Shown one piece after another: positions 1-9,805 of a DNA stretch of 44,849 bases. The notes below the pieces were generated by a model. It saw only the letters and a program-made list of their open reading frames with translations. It was not told the origin of the DNA and did not search any database. Position numbers and translations under genes: made by a program. The stretch's first letter is position 1. Each line of letters begins with the position of its first letter. The stretch comes from Escherichia phage EC115, in sequence record NC_073080.1; one strand, written 5' to 3'.

Positions 1-573
1 ATGTACAAAAGGGCTTATATCATGGCAGAAATCAAAGTTAAGGGCCGACGCGCCAAACTGGACGGACGAGTAGCAGTAACCCCGCGCCGTAAACCAGGCG
101 AGCAAACCGAGCATACCAATCTCGGACCTGAAATCGAGTACGGAAAGCGCCGTAAAGGCGGCAAATGTGGACGCCCTACTGACTACCGATCCGTTTACTG
201 CGACCAGCTTCGTCGCTATTTCGCCGACGCCGACGCCTGGCAGGTCAACTACTCCGATAAAGGCGCTGCGCAGGTAATCCCTCGCAACAAAATGCCAACC
301 TTCGGTCGATTTGCCGCGGAAATCGGCGTTGGCGTTGCTTGCCTGTATCGCTGGGCGCGTGCGCATGAGGAGTTTGCCGAGGCGATGGCGGACGCGATGG
401 AGTTGCAGAAAACTTTCCTGATGGAAGCTGGCGGCGTGACCATCGCGGCGGGCTTCGCGACCTTCCTGCTTAAAGCCAACCACGGAGTCCGCGACGATAT
501 CCCACTGGATGACGACGAAGATGATAACGGCGACGTCGTTGTCGAACCTACCGGAAAAGGCCAGGGCGAATAA
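1..573 (+). CDS. Terminase small subunit (putative)
   Basis: ORF immediately upstream of and overlapping (TAATG) the large terminase; basic N-terminus, HTH-like segment, acidic C-terminal tail. True start may be the second ATG at 22. Confidence 0.6.
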   Translation: MYKRAYIMAEIKVKGRRAKLDGRVAVTPRRKPGEQTEHTNLGPEIEYGKRRKGGKCGRPTDYRSVYCDQLRRYFADADAWQVNYSDKGAAQVIPRNKMPTFGRFAAEIGVGVACLYRWARAHEEFAEAMADAMELQKTFLMEAGGVTIAAGFATFLLKANHGVRDDIPLDDDEDDNGDVVVEPTGKGQGE

Positions 574-1958
574 TGCGTAACTATGCGGCAGAACACCGCG
601 CACTGGAGCGCACGATCGCAAAGCGCAACCGACCACCACGCCCGACACGCGTTGCGCAGGCCGTCCGCCTGTACCAGCCTGATTGCCTACCGCACCAGGT
701 CGAACTACTGCGGGACACGAAGACTAAAATCCTCGGCCTGTGTTCCGGCTTCGGCGGCGGCAAGTCATGGGTCGCCGCCCGTAAGGTAATCCAGCTTTTA
801 ACCCTGAACCCTGGTTATGACGGCATCGTGACCGAACCGACTATTCCACTCCTGGTTAAAATCATGTATCCGGAACTGGAGAAGGCATTCGACGAGGCTG
901 GCTTCCGGTGGAAGTTCAATAAGCAGGACAAGATCTATAACGTGCTGGTGAAAGGGAAATGGACCCGCGTTATCTGTGAATCAATGGAGAACTATACCCG
1001 CCTGATCGGGGTCAACGCCGCATGGATTGTCGCCGACGAGTTCGACACCACGAAACAAGACGTCGCAATGGCGGCATACCACAAATTGCTCGGTCGTCTG
1101 CGTGCGGGCTTCGTCCGCCAGTTTGTCATCGTGTCCACGCCGGAAGGCTACCGGGCGATGTATCAAATTTTCGAGGTGGAGAAGGGTAGCCAGAAGCGCC
1201 TGATCCGGGCGAAGACCACGGACAACCACCATTTACCGGCAGACTTTATCGACACGCTGCGCAGTCAGTACCCGACTAACCTGATTGATGCGTACCTGAA
1301 CGGCCTGTTTGTTAACCTTACGTCGGGCGCGGTGTACAAGATGTTCAACCGCGAGGAGAACGCCAGCACCGAAGAAGTGCAGCCGGACGACACGCTGATT
1401 ATCGGTATGGACTTTAACGTCACGAAAATGGCGGCGGTTGTGTATGTCAGACGGCAGCGCATCACCGAGAACAAGGAGTTCCGCGACGAGATCCACGCAG
1501 TGGATGAATTTGTGGACCTGTTTGACACCCCGGCTATGATTGAGGCGATCGAGGAGCGCTATCCGGAACATTGTGCCGCCGGTAGGGTCGTCGTTTACCC
1601 GGATAGCAGCGGCAAATCCCGCAAGACGGTCAACGCGTCGTCGTCCGATATCGCACAACTGGAAGACGCGGGCTTCGAGGTGGAATATGACAGCGTTAAC
1701 CCGCCAGTGAAAGACAGACTTATCGCGATGAATACGATGATGTGCAACTCGAAGGGCGTGCGCCAGTATTTTGTCAACCTGGATAAATGCCCTACACTAG
1801 CGAAATGTCTGGAGCAGCAGGTGTACGACCTGAAGAAAGGCGAACCGGATAAAACTGCCGGTGTGGACCACATGAATGACGCGGCGGGCTACCCGATTGC
1901 GCACTTGTTCCCTGTGATTCGTCCGATCGCCGTTGTTCCAACCGTAGACTTCTACTAA
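573..1958 (+). CDS. Terminase large subunit
   Basis: 461 aa; Walker A-like GLCSGFGGGKS, Walker B-like WIVADEF, C-terminal nuclease-like region; position between small terminase and portal. Confidence 0.9.
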   Translation: MRNYAAEHRALERTIAKRNRPPRPTRVAQAVRLYQPDCLPHQVELLRDTKTKILGLCSGFGGGKSWVAARKVIQLLTLNPGYDGIVTEPTIPLLVKIMYPELEKAFDEAGFRWKFNKQDKIYNVLVKGKWTRVICESMENYTRLIGVNAAWIVADEFDTTKQDVAMAAYHKLLGRLRAGFVRQFVIVSTPEGYRAMYQIFEVEKGSQKRLIRAKTTDNHHLPADFIDTLRSQYPTNLIDAYLNGLFVNLTSGAVYKMFNREENASTEEVQPDDTLIIGMDFNVTKMAAVVYVRRQRITENKEFRDEIHAVDEFVDLFDTPAMIEAIEERYPEHCAAGRVVVYPDSSGKSRKTVNASSSDIAQLEDAGFEVEYDSVNPPVKDRLIAMNTMMCNSKGVRQYFVNLDKCPTLAKCLEQQVYDLKKGEPDKTAGVDHMNDAAGYPIAHLFPVIRPIAVVPTVDFY

Positions 1959-1969
1959 GGAAACCGACC

Positions 1970-3490
1970 ATGACCGTTAACGTTGACAACCAGCACCCGC
2001 TCTATGCGCGCATCGCGCCAGAGTGGAAAATGATCCGTGACTGCGTAGCGGGGGAGCGCGCCGTGAAGGCGTGCGGCCCCTTGTACCTGCCACACCCAGC
2101 AAGCGGCGACACCTCCGACCCGAAATCGCGTGCGCGCTATAAGGCGTATAAGCAACGTGCTGTCTTCCTGAACGCCACCGCCCGCACACTGAATGCACTG
2201 TTAGGCGTCGCCTTCGCCAAACCGGTGAGTATGGACCTTTCCGGGGCAATGGCTGACCTGATCGAAGACGTAGACGGCAGCGGGATGCCCCTGGCGCAAC
2301 TCCTGCGCGGCGCTATGTCGGAAGTGCTGCAATCAGGCCGTGCCGGGTTTATGGTCGACTACGACCGCCAGGCGCATTTTGACGAACTGGGTAACGTAGT
2401 ACCGCAGACCGCCGCTGAAATGGCAGCACACCGCCCGCTTATCCGCCTGTATACGGCTGAACAGATCATTAACTGGCGGCAGACCCACGGCGTCGACACG
2501 CTGATTGTGCTGAAGGAAACGGACGAAATCAGCACCGAAGACCCGGACGACTTCGCAAACCACGAAGTAACGATCTGGACCGAGCTTCGCATGATTGCAG
2601 GTAAGGCCCACGCCCGCCGCTGGTTTTACAACGCTGACACGTCCGAGGTGCAGATGGACTTGCCGCGAGGCTTCACCCGCACCGACCTTGTACCATTGGT
2701 GGATGCCTCCGGTAATGCGCTAACTCAACTGCCATTTTGCTGGTGTGGCGCGGTGGACAACAACGCGACACCGGACGCCGCACCGCTGGCGGATATTGCG
2801 TCCATCAACATTAAGCACTACAACGCCGAAGCGGACGTCGCCGAGATTGCGCACATCGTGGGGCAACCTACCCTCATTGCGACTGGTCTTACTCAATCAT
2901 GGGCGGACAAAAACCTGAAGGGCGGGATCGCGCTCGGGGCAACCAAGGGCGTTATCCTGGGCCAGAACATGGACGCCAAACTGCTTCAGGCGGAGGAGCG
3001 CAACTTGTCGGTTGCACTGTGTGAGCGCCGTGAATTGCAAATGGCTAAACTGGGCGCGGCCCTGGTCGAGAAGGGGACCGCACCTAAGACGGCAACCGAA
3101 GCGGCCTACGATGCGCAGACTGATAACAGTATCCTGTCACTGATTGCCGGTAACGTCGAGAAGGCTTTCAACCGGGCGCTGCAAATCGTCAAGCTGTTCA
3201 CGGGCGACACCGCAGATCAACGCGTAACGCTGAATAAGTTCTACACCGAAATCACGGTTGACGCACAGCTTATGACCGCAATGATGGCGGGTGTGCAGAC
3301 CGGTACGGTCCGGCTGGCGGACTTTATCAAGTGGATGATGGCCCAGGGCGTCATTGATGACTCGCAAACCGTCGAGCAGGTGGAAGACGAACTGCGAAAT
3401 CAGAATCCATTGCCTCAAATGTCCCCTGATGCGGTAGAATCTACCGAAGAAGACCCGGACAAGGTAGCGGACAATGGCGAAGACAATTAA
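1970..3490 (+). CDS. Portal protein
   Basis: 506 aa ORF directly after the large terminase; acidic C-terminus; assigned by size and position. Confidence 0.7.
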   Translation: MTVNVDNQHPLYARIAPEWKMIRDCVAGERAVKACGPLYLPHPASGDTSDPKSRARYKAYKQRAVFLNATARTLNALLGVAFAKPVSMDLSGAMADLIEDVDGSGMPLAQLLRGAMSEVLQSGRAGFMVDYDRQAHFDELGNVVPQTAAEMAAHRPLIRLYTAEQIINWRQTHGVDTLIVLKETDEISTEDPDDFANHEVTIWTELRMIAGKAHARRWFYNADTSEVQMDLPRGFTRTDLVPLVDASGNALTQLPFCWCGAVDNNATPDAAPLADIASINIKHYNAEADVAEIAHIVGQPTLIATGLTQSWADKNLKGGIALGATKGVILGQNMDAKLLQAEERNLSVALCERRELQMAKLGAALVEKGTAPKTATEAAYDAQTDNSILSLIAGNVEKAFNRALQIVKLFTGDTADQRVTLNKFYTEITVDAQLMTAMMAGVQTGTVRLADFIKWMMAQGVIDDSQTVEQVEDELRNQNPLPQMSPDAVESTEEDPDKVADNGEDN

Positions 3491-4577
3491 TCAATATATG
3501 GCGGATCGAATGATCCGCCGACACATCTTCACCCAGCGCCTGAGTAATGACCAGGCGCGAAGGGTGTTGGCTATGTGGGAGAAGTTCCGGCCCACGTTAC
3601 TGGGTAAGCTAACCGAGTTACTTGATGGTAAAAAGTCCATGAATAACAAGGCACTTACCACTTTGTTAACGCAACTCGACAAGACCGTTAAAACAGAACT
3701 GCGCACCGAGTTTAAGGCGTTGGCTGAAAGCCTTCAGGAGTTTGCCGACACCGAGGCCGATTATCTCGCCGACACATTGACGGCAGCGATCCAGCCGGTG
3801 GTCGCCGTACCGGCGGTCGAGGTGGTCGGCGTAGTGACCGGTGCGCAGATCGCAGCGACGGCAATGAAAAACCCGTTCCTGGGTAATACGATGATGCAGT
3901 GGCCTGACTCCCTTTCTGAGTGGACCAGGACGCAGATCGGGAATCAGGTGCGCGCTGGATTCATCCAGGGCAAGCCAACTATGGAAATTATTGCGGACGT
4001 GAGGCGCGCGCTCGGCGGTCGTAGTGCGCAAGCTATCTCGAGCGTTGTTAAATCCGCAGTAAACCACTATGCGGCGACTGCCCGCGAACTAATGGTAAAA
4101 GCAAATGACGATATTCTCGAAGGTCGCCTATGGTTATCTACATTGGACACACATACTTCTCCCATGTGCCAGCTACGCGATCGCCTGTTTTATCCGGTTG
4201 ATGTTACTCCCGACACCAAAGGAAAGCGCGGCGGGAAAGTGGTGGCGGGGTCACAGTATGGCGATGGCCCAGGAAAGCTGCATTATTGCTGCCGATCGAC
4301 GGAGACGTGGAAAGTCAAAGGCATGGAAGATTGGCCCAGTGGTAAGCGTCCGGCACTGAAGGCCGACGCGGGTCGATTACTGAGTGAGCAGGTAGACGCG
4401 CAGACTGATTTCTTCTCATGGGTGCAGCGCCAGCCGCGCCATATCCTGGAAGAATTATACGGAGTGCAACGCGCCGACCAGATTATGCGCGGCGTGAAAG
4501 TGCCGAAGATGTTTACCGATTCTGGCGAACTGATGACTATCGCACAGCTTAAAAACCGGGGGTTATGGCGTGATTAA
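3474..4577 (+). CDS. Head morphogenesis protein (Mu F / SPP1 gp7-like)
   Basis: 367 aa after portal with overlapping start; Cys/His-containing C-terminal region typical of Mu-F-like minor head proteins. Confidence 0.65.
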   Translation: MAKTINQYMADRMIRRHIFTQRLSNDQARRVLAMWEKFRPTLLGKLTELLDGKKSMNNKALTTLLTQLDKTVKTELRTEFKALAESLQEFADTEADYLADTLTAAIQPVVAVPAVEVVGVVTGAQIAATAMKNPFLGNTMMQWPDSLSEWTRTQIGNQVRAGFIQGKPTMEIIADVRRALGGRSAQAISSVVKSAVNHYAATARELMVKANDDILEGRLWLSTLDTHTSPMCQLRDRLFYPVDVTPDTKGKRGGKVVAGSQYGDGPGKLHYCCRSTETWKVKGMEDWPSGKRPALKADAGRLLSEQVDAQTDFFSWVQRQPRHILEELYGVQRADQIMRGVKVPKMFTDSGELMTIAQLKNRGLWRD

Positions 4578-4899
4578 ATATGCAGCGATTGGACTGGTTA
4601 TCGGTCTGGCGGTAGGATTCTGGCTAGGTGACTCCTATCGCGCTGGCGTAGTGGCGGAGGCGGCGCAAGAAGCGCAAGCCAAAGCCCAACGGCAGCAAAC
4701 TAAAGTTGTGGAGCGCTCCGTGCAGGCCGAACAGGCCCGCGACGTGGAATACCGGACTATCACGAAAGAGGTTGTTAAATATGTTACGCGCCCTAACCGC
4801 CCTGATTGTAGTTTTGATGCTGAGCGCGTGCGGATCAAGCAACGCGCCGTTGATGCCGCTAACGGAGTCGGCACTGCGACCGCCGTGCAAGTTCGATAG
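4570..4899 (+). CDS. i-spanin-like protein (Rz-like)
   Basis: 109 aa; N-terminal transmembrane segment (IGLVIGLAVGFWLG) followed by a charged Ala/Gln-rich helical region. Confidence 0.55.
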   Translation: MIKYAAIGLVIGLAVGFWLGDSYRAGVVAEAAQEAQAKAQRQQTKVVERSVQAEQARDVEYRTITKEVVKYVTRPNRPDCSFDAERVRIKQRAVDAANGVGTATAVQVR

Positions 4900-5011
4900 C
4901 CCGTCCGCAGACCCCGACGAGGATTTGATGATTGACGTGAAAAATATGGAATGCGGGGCGAAGCTAAGGGCGCAGGTGCTGGAGTTGCAGCAAATAATTA
5001 AGGGGCCGTAA
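4781..5011 (+). CDS. o-spanin-like lipoprotein (Rz1-like)
   Basis: Internal ATG with AAAGAGG RBS; MLRALTALIVVLMLSACGSS signal peptide with lipobox LSAC; Pro-rich mature part; out of frame and overlapping the 3' end of the i-spanin ORF. Confidence 0.6.
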   Translation: MLRALTALIVVLMLSACGSSNAPLMPLTESALRPPCKFDSPSADPDEDLMIDVKNMECGAKLRAQVLELQQIIKGP

Positions 5012-5023
5012 TGGCCCCTTTTT
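5001..5023. terminator. Bidirectional intrinsic terminator
   Basis: AGGGGCC-gtaat-GGCCCCT hairpin followed by a T-run, flanked by an A-run; sits between converging genes ending at 5011 (+) and 5026 (-). Confidence 0.6.
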
Positions 5024-5025
5024 CG

Positions 5026-5790
5026 TTAGCGCGGAATACCGCAAATCTCGTTGAGAGTTTTCACATCCAGCGCCACCGCCGTGGATTTTGGCTTATCCGG
5101 GTAAGGGATGAATTGCTCAACTTCAGGCCATGCCTTAATCAGCTTCTTATCGGTATTGTGCATGTCCAGCACACCGGTAACGGTAAACTTGAATGCGTCA
5201 TACTTAGCACGCAACTCACGGCGGGCCTTGTCGTTACGGTCAAGGCGCTTGCAGAAGTCATGATCTGCCGGGAAATCCGCACGGCAGCGTGGCTTATAGA
5301 TCGGCAGCGATTTTCCGTCCTCGTCCACTTCACACACTGAAGCCAACATAACTGTCTCGAACCCCGGAACGATATCTCCGAGATCAGGCGAGAGCGTATT
5401 CATATATTTCTCTTCCCAGTATCCGCGATGTACGCGGTATTGGCGACCGTCACCGCTCAAGGACAAGATGCGAACATTGCCGCCTGCGTTGATTTCAAAG
5501 GTGGCGTCGTAAACGCTGCCGATACCCTTCGGGCGATCTGTGTCATAGCGATATGTTGCCTTGTTGGTGTATACGCTGACGTTGTACATCTGCGACTGGT
5601 CGTCGCGGATTGCCTTGATATGCTCGCGGAGCGCTGCGAACGTGCGAATGCCTTCCGGCATACAGTCCAGCGTGATTGCGTACGCCAGGTCGCGAGAGTC
5701 CATCATGATTGTTTTGGCTTCGGTAGCGATTTCGTGGTCGCGCAGGATGTTAGCCAGGATCTGATTTTTAATGTCTTTCGTCAGTCTCAT
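5026..5790 (-). CDS. Hypothetical protein (reverse-strand moron in head module)
   Basis: 254 aa ORF on the strand opposite to the structural genes, bounded by the terminator at 5001-5023; no recognisable motif. Confidence 0.6.
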   Translation of the reverse strand: MRLTKDIKNQILANILRDHEIATEAKTIMMDSRDLAYAITLDCMPEGIRTFAALREHIKAIRDDQSQMYNVSVYTNKATYRYDTDRPKGIGSVYDATFEINAGGNVRILSLSGDGRQYRVHRGYWEEKYMNTLSPDLGDIVPGFETVMLASVCEVDEDGKSLPIYKPRCRADFPADHDFCKRLDRNDKARRELRAKYDAFKFTVTGVLDMHNTDKKLIKAWPEVEQFIPYPDKPKSTAVALDVKTLNEICGIPR

Positions 5791-5829
5791 TTTTATGTCC
5801 TCATTTTAGGGGCTTTCGCCACGATTGGT

Positions 5830-6144
5830 TTAGTTGAATTTGATGTTGCCACCGGTGGAAGTTAAGCGGGCACATACAGCTTCAACGGCATCGACGCACA
5901 TGAAATCGTTAAAGGCTTCGACCAGGGCGTTTATGAAAGATGCCGGAACCAGGCCGCAAGCCGGATTATCGAATATCGCGGAGTTGATCGCCGCTTTTGC
6001 CGCTTCAGAAGCATTCATGCTCTGGCACAGATTCAGCGCTTCCGCGTTACGCATTGCGTGAAAGGTAAAGGTATTAGCTACGGTAGCTTTATTGAAACGG
6101 GCCATTGCGGCGTCTACTGGAGTTGCTACGGTCATGTTAGTCAT
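5830..6144 (-). CDS. Hypothetical protein
   Basis: Minus-strand ORF upstream of 5026..5790; start chosen at the ATG (MTNMTV) preceded by GAAGGAAG RBS; track ORF extends to 6204. Confidence 0.5.
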   Translation of the reverse strand: MTNMTVATPVDAAMARFNKATVANTFTFHAMRNAEALNLCQSMNASEAAKAAINSAIFDNPACGLVPASFINALVEAFNDFMCVDAVEAVCARLTSTGGNIKFN

Positions 6145-6179
6145 TTTGTCTTCCTTCATATCTCTGTTGGTGTGCAACC

Positions 6180-6209
6180 AATATACTGCAACCAACATTC
6201 GCAATGCAA
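6180..6209 (-). promoter_or_regulatory. Sigma70-like promoter for the reverse-strand cassette
   Basis: On the minus strand TTGCAT-N18-TATATT; contains two TTGGTTGCA 9-mers; the 21-mer TATATTGGTTGCACACCAACA is identical to the one at 40282-40302. Confidence 0.45.
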
Positions 6210-6298
6210 GCGAATTTTGCGATTATTTTTATCGCTGATAATATTAAGGCGTGAAGTCAAGCGGGTGGCCCGCTTTGCCACAATCCCAGGGGGATAGC

Positions 6299-7000
6299 AT
6301 GAAACTTACTAAAGCAGAATATGACGCGTTGCCGGAAGGCATGAAGGCGCTTTTTGTTGCCGATGGTGACGGGTATAAATCCACGTTCATGACCGCCGAA
6401 GAAGTACAGGCGGAGATCAAGGGTCTGAAAGACAACAACGCGAAGCTGGTTAGCGAAAAGAAAGCAGAAGCCGAACGCCGCGCCGAAGCCGAGCGCCTTG
6501 CGAAAGAGAAAGAGGAAGCCGCCGCGCGCAAAAATGGCGACCTCGAAGCGATCGACAAGTCCTGGAAAGATAAGTTTGCGAAACACGAAGCAGACACATC
6601 GGGAAAAATCGAAGCCTACCGCAAGCAGATCCACGATCTAACCATCGGCAGCGCTGCCAAAGACCTAGCGTCGAAGCTATTCGGTAAGAATGCCGGGATC
6701 ATGCAACGCCACGTTATGGACCGCCTGACGCTGGAAGACGGCGAAGACGGCAGCTTGAAAGTGCGTGTCTTGCAGGATGGCAAACCGTCCGCGCTGACTA
6801 TGGAAGAGCTTGAAAAAGAGTTCCGTAATAACGCCGATTTTGCATCCGTCCTGGCTGGCACGCCAGCCGGTGGTGCGCCGAGCAAACCGACGCATGTTGT
6901 CGAAGATGTGAAGTCGAAAATCTCTATGGGCCACAGCTTCGGCATCACCGATCTGACGAAACAGGCTGGTGAAATCATCGCTAAAATGGGCGACGAGTAA
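6299..7000 (+). CDS. Scaffolding protein (putative)
   Basis: About 233 aa, charged and helical (Ala/Glu/Lys-rich), directly upstream of the major capsid gene; ATG at 6299 with GGGGGA RBS (track ORF starts 6251). Confidence 0.6.
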   Translation: MKLTKAEYDALPEGMKALFVADGDGYKSTFMTAEEVQAEIKGLKDNNAKLVSEKKAEAERRAEAERLAKEKEEAAARKNGDLEAIDKSWKDKFAKHEADTSGKIEAYRKQIHDLTIGSAAKDLASKLFGKNAGIMQRHVMDRLTLEDGEDGSLKVRVLQDGKPSALTMEELEKEFRNNADFASVLAGTPAGGAPSKPTHVVEDVKSKISMGHSFGITDLTKQAGEIIAKMGDE

Positions 7001-7097
7001 GCACATTGCCCGCGAAAGCGGGCAATTTTGCGAGCGCGTAAATCTAAGGTAACATTAACGGTACTGGGCGAATGCTCACAACTCAAAGGATTTCGAT

Positions 7098-8192
7098 ATG
7101 TCTTTAACAGTGTTCCAGCGTAAACTCGTCACCGCGGTTACGCAAATGATCCCCGATAACCTGAACGTGTTCAACGCTGCCGCTAACGGTGCTGTTGTTC
7201 TCGGCACGGGTGAAGTGCTGAAGGACGTTGTGGAAAAAATGTCCGTAGGCTTGATCGCTAACCTCGTTACCGATCGTAACGCCTATGCCCCTGTCGGTAC
7301 TCCGGCGACCGCAAAAGTGCTGGCGCGTATGCTGACCAACTCCGTTAACCTGTCCGCGAAAGTGGGTCCGGTAGCAATCACTAAGGCCATGATGGCTAAG
7401 ATCGAAACCAACGTTAACAGCGTTGCGGCTGAGATTGCGGCACAGGCTACTCAAGCGATTATGCTGCATTACCTGAAAGCAGGTATCGGCGCAAGTAAAG
7501 CGGCGATCGAGAGCAACGCAGCGGCAAAATACACCCAACCGGCGCGCGTTGACGGCGTTGGCGGTCGAACCTTCCCGACCCTCGCAGACTTCCCGCTGGC
7601 GGCGTCCAAGTTCGGCGATCAGGCGTCTTTAATTAAATCCTGGTTTATGGACGGCGTTACCTGGGCAAACTTCATTGCATACCAGGCGCTCCCGTCTGCC
7701 GAGCAGGTATTCGCGATCGGCGACCTGCAGGTAATGGGCGATGGCTTGGGCCGTCGTTTCATTATTTCCGATGCCGCTGCCGATGCTATGGGTGCTGGCA
7801 CGATGCTTGGTCTTGTCCCTGGCGCGGTTGCAGTTACGACCAATGGCCTCGATATGCTGGCGCAGGAAAAAGGCGGCAACGAGAACATTGAGCGCTGGTG
7901 GCAGGGCGAGTTCGACTTCAACGTGGCTGTTAAAGGCTATCGACTGAAGGCGTCCGCACGTACTCCGGTCGAAGGTGTTCGCTCGTTCAAACTGTCCGAC
8001 ATCACCACTTCCGATAACTGGGAACTGGACCAGGGCCAGGTAGACAACGCACCGGCAACCGTGCAGGACGTTGGCGGCGATAGCGATACTAAAGGCCGCC
8101 GCCGTACGCAGACCGCGCAGGCAGTGCCGACCCGTCACATCAAGGAAACGGCTGGCGTACTGGTTACGCTGACTGCGACTACCGCGTCTTAA
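7098..8192 (+). CDS. Major capsid protein
   Basis: 364 aa after the scaffold, strong RBS, followed by a strong terminator; assigned by position and size. Confidence 0.8.
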   Translation: MSLTVFQRKLVTAVTQMIPDNLNVFNAAANGAVVLGTGEVLKDVVEKMSVGLIANLVTDRNAYAPVGTPATAKVLARMLTNSVNLSAKVGPVAITKAMMAKIETNVNSVAAEIAAQATQAIMLHYLKAGIGASKAAIESNAAAKYTQPARVDGVGGRTFPTLADFPLAASKFGDQASLIKSWFMDGVTWANFIAYQALPSAEQVFAIGDLQVMGDGLGRRFIISDAAADAMGAGTMLGLVPGAVAVTTNGLDMLAQEKGGNENIERWWQGEFDFNVAVKGYRLKASARTPVEGVRSFKLSDITTSDNWELDQGQVDNAPATVQDVGGDSDTKGRRRTQTAQAVPTRHIKETAGVLVTLTATTAS

Positions 8193-8210
8193 CAGGCGCA
8201 AATCCCAAAG

Positions 8211-8237
8211 GGGCGGGCTTATGCCCGCCTTTTTTTA
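8211..8237 (+). terminator. Intrinsic terminator after capsid gene
   Basis: GGGGCGGGC-ttat-GCCCGCC hairpin followed by seven T. Confidence 0.65.
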
Positions 8238-8242
8238 TAGGA

Positions 8243-8752
8243 GTGAATGAAATGTATGGCGACCCGCAAACATTTGTCGATTATGCCGCGGCGCGAGGCG
8301 TTGAAGTCACGCTGAGCGATGCAACGCGACACCTTACCGTAGTTAATGACTTCCTTAACGGCATCAACTGGATCGGAGAACCCGCAGACCAGACAGGCAT
8401 CGACGCATGGCCCCGCATAAATTACCCATCGGACGGTAAGCCGGTGCGCGACACGCTCACTGAAGTTGTGGCCGTAGTGCCTGCAGGGCAGATCGTAGAT
8501 TTTGCATCAATCCCCATTGCCGTCGAGCAAGCCGTTTACAGGTTAGCGATGTTGGTGGCGGACGAGGTCGATATTTCTCCTGTTGGCAGTGGTAAGGAGA
8601 CTATCCGCGAAACTGTTGGCCCGATCACGATGGAATATGACCCTGCGACGATTGGTAGCGGTGTCTCGTTCCCGTGGTGGGATGGCTTGCTGGGCCACTG
8701 GATTGACTCCGACGGCAACGCAGCGGGTAATTTTGACGTATTCCGGGGGTGA
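8243..8752 (+). CDS. Head-tail connector / neck protein (putative)
   Basis: 169 aa first gene after the capsid terminator; likely true start at the ATG near 8252 with AGGAG RBS. Confidence 0.45.
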   Translation: MNEMYGDPQTFVDYAAARGVEVTLSDATRHLTVVNDFLNGINWIGEPADQTGIDAWPRINYPSDGKPVRDTLTEVVAVVPAGQIVDFASIPIAVEQAVYRLAMLVADEVDISPVGSGKETIRETVGPITMEYDPATIGSGVSFPWWDGLLGHWIDSDGNAAGNFDVFRG

Positions 8753-8850
8753 TATGAATCCTGCATTACTGGCGGCTATTATCGCCGCAAATACTAAACG
8801 CCAACCGGAACAGGAACCAGCGCCAGAACCGGAACCACCGGTACAGGAGG

Positions 8851-9210
8851 ATGAAAATGGCGGGATTTAATTACACGGGCTTAAAGCGGAAAGTCAATCC
8901 GCTGATTAAAAAGTTTGGCATTACGGCTACTGTGACGCGTCCTGGCACCGTAGACCGCATAGACGGCGACGAAGTGATCATCCCTGCGACCTCGTTTGAC
9001 GTCATCGGGCTTCGCGAGGAGTACAAGCCGAGCGAGATCGACGGGACGCGTATCGTTGCCGGGGATGTGAAGTTTTTGTGCCAGGCCGTCAAGCAGGTAA
9101 AGGTCGGTGATTTGGTTAGCCTGAACAATACAGACTACCGGGTTATCAATCCCAACCCCCTGCAACCAGCGGGCCAGACCATGCTGTTTCAACTACAGCT
9201 AAGGGGCTAA
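8851..9210 (+). CDS. Head-tail joining protein (putative)
   Basis: 119 aa ORF in the neck gene block; AGGAGG RBS before the internal ATG at about 8857. Confidence 0.45.
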   Translation: MKMAGFNYTGLKRKVNPLIKKFGITATVTRPGTVDRIDGDEVIIPATSFDVIGLREEYKPSEIDGTRIVAGDVKFLCQAVKQVKVGDLVSLNNTDYRVINPNPLQPAGQTMLFQLQLRG

Positions 9211-9211
9211 C

Positions 9212-9805
9212 GTGGCTGAAGTCTACTCATTCGCCGCCACTATTGCTACGTGGGTGGATAAGACGAAGGAGAACAACGATAAGGCGGTGCGGGCGTACGG
9301 GATGCAAATACTCGGACGCCTTATTGAGATCTCACCGGTGGGCGACCCTCGCCGGTGGAAAATTAACAGGGCTTACGCGCTGGCCCGCCAGCACGCGAAC
9401 AAGGTGAACGCCGCGCAGCGTCGCAAGAATGGCGGCAAACTGAAGCGCGGGCAGAAAAAGCACGCCAGCGTGCTGGTGTCATTCAAGACTAAAAACGGCA
9501 ACGTCACGTTCCGCCAGCGTGGCTGGGCTGCGAAGAATTACACCGGCGGACGCTTCCGGGGAAACTGGCAGGTGACGTTCGACCGCCCGGCTGTTGGCGC
9601 TATTGACCGCGTGGACAAGGCCGGAACGGCAACATTAGCCGCTGGGCGTGAAGTGTTGGCGCACTATGATTCGAGTGAATACGGGTCGATCTGGTTTACT
9701 AACAACGTGCCATACGCGCAGCGACTTGAGTATGGCTGGAGTAAACAAGCGCCAGCGGGGATTGTTCGCGTCGTAGCGGCAGAAATTAATTCGAAGGTGA
9801 AATAA
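9212..9805 (+). CDS. Neck / tail component (HK97 gp10-like, putative)
   Basis: 197 aa; C-terminal WFTNNVPYAQRLEYG-type motif resembling HK97 gp10-family proteins; position between capsid and tail genes. Confidence 0.5.
   Translation: MAEVYSFAATIATWVDKTKENNDKAVRAYGMQILGRLIEISPVGDPRRWKINRAYALARQHANKVNAAQRRKNGGKLKRGQKKHASVLVSFKTKNGNVTFRQRGWAAKNYTGGRFRGNWQVTFDRPAVGAIDRVDKAGTATLAAGREVLAHYDSSEYGSIWFTNNVPYAQRLEYGWSKQAPAGIVRVVAAEINSKVK

Noticed and set aside
3666-4359. Alternative-frame ORFs inside the head morphogenesis gene (3666..4067 minus, 4105..4359 plus)
   Set aside because: Nested in or antisense to the 3474..4577 gene, with no RBS or motif support.
6258-6276. Hairpin AAGCGGG-tgg-CCCGCTT upstream of the scaffold gene as a terminator
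   Set aside because: No U-run on either strand; more likely an mRNA stability or processing structure, left unannotated.
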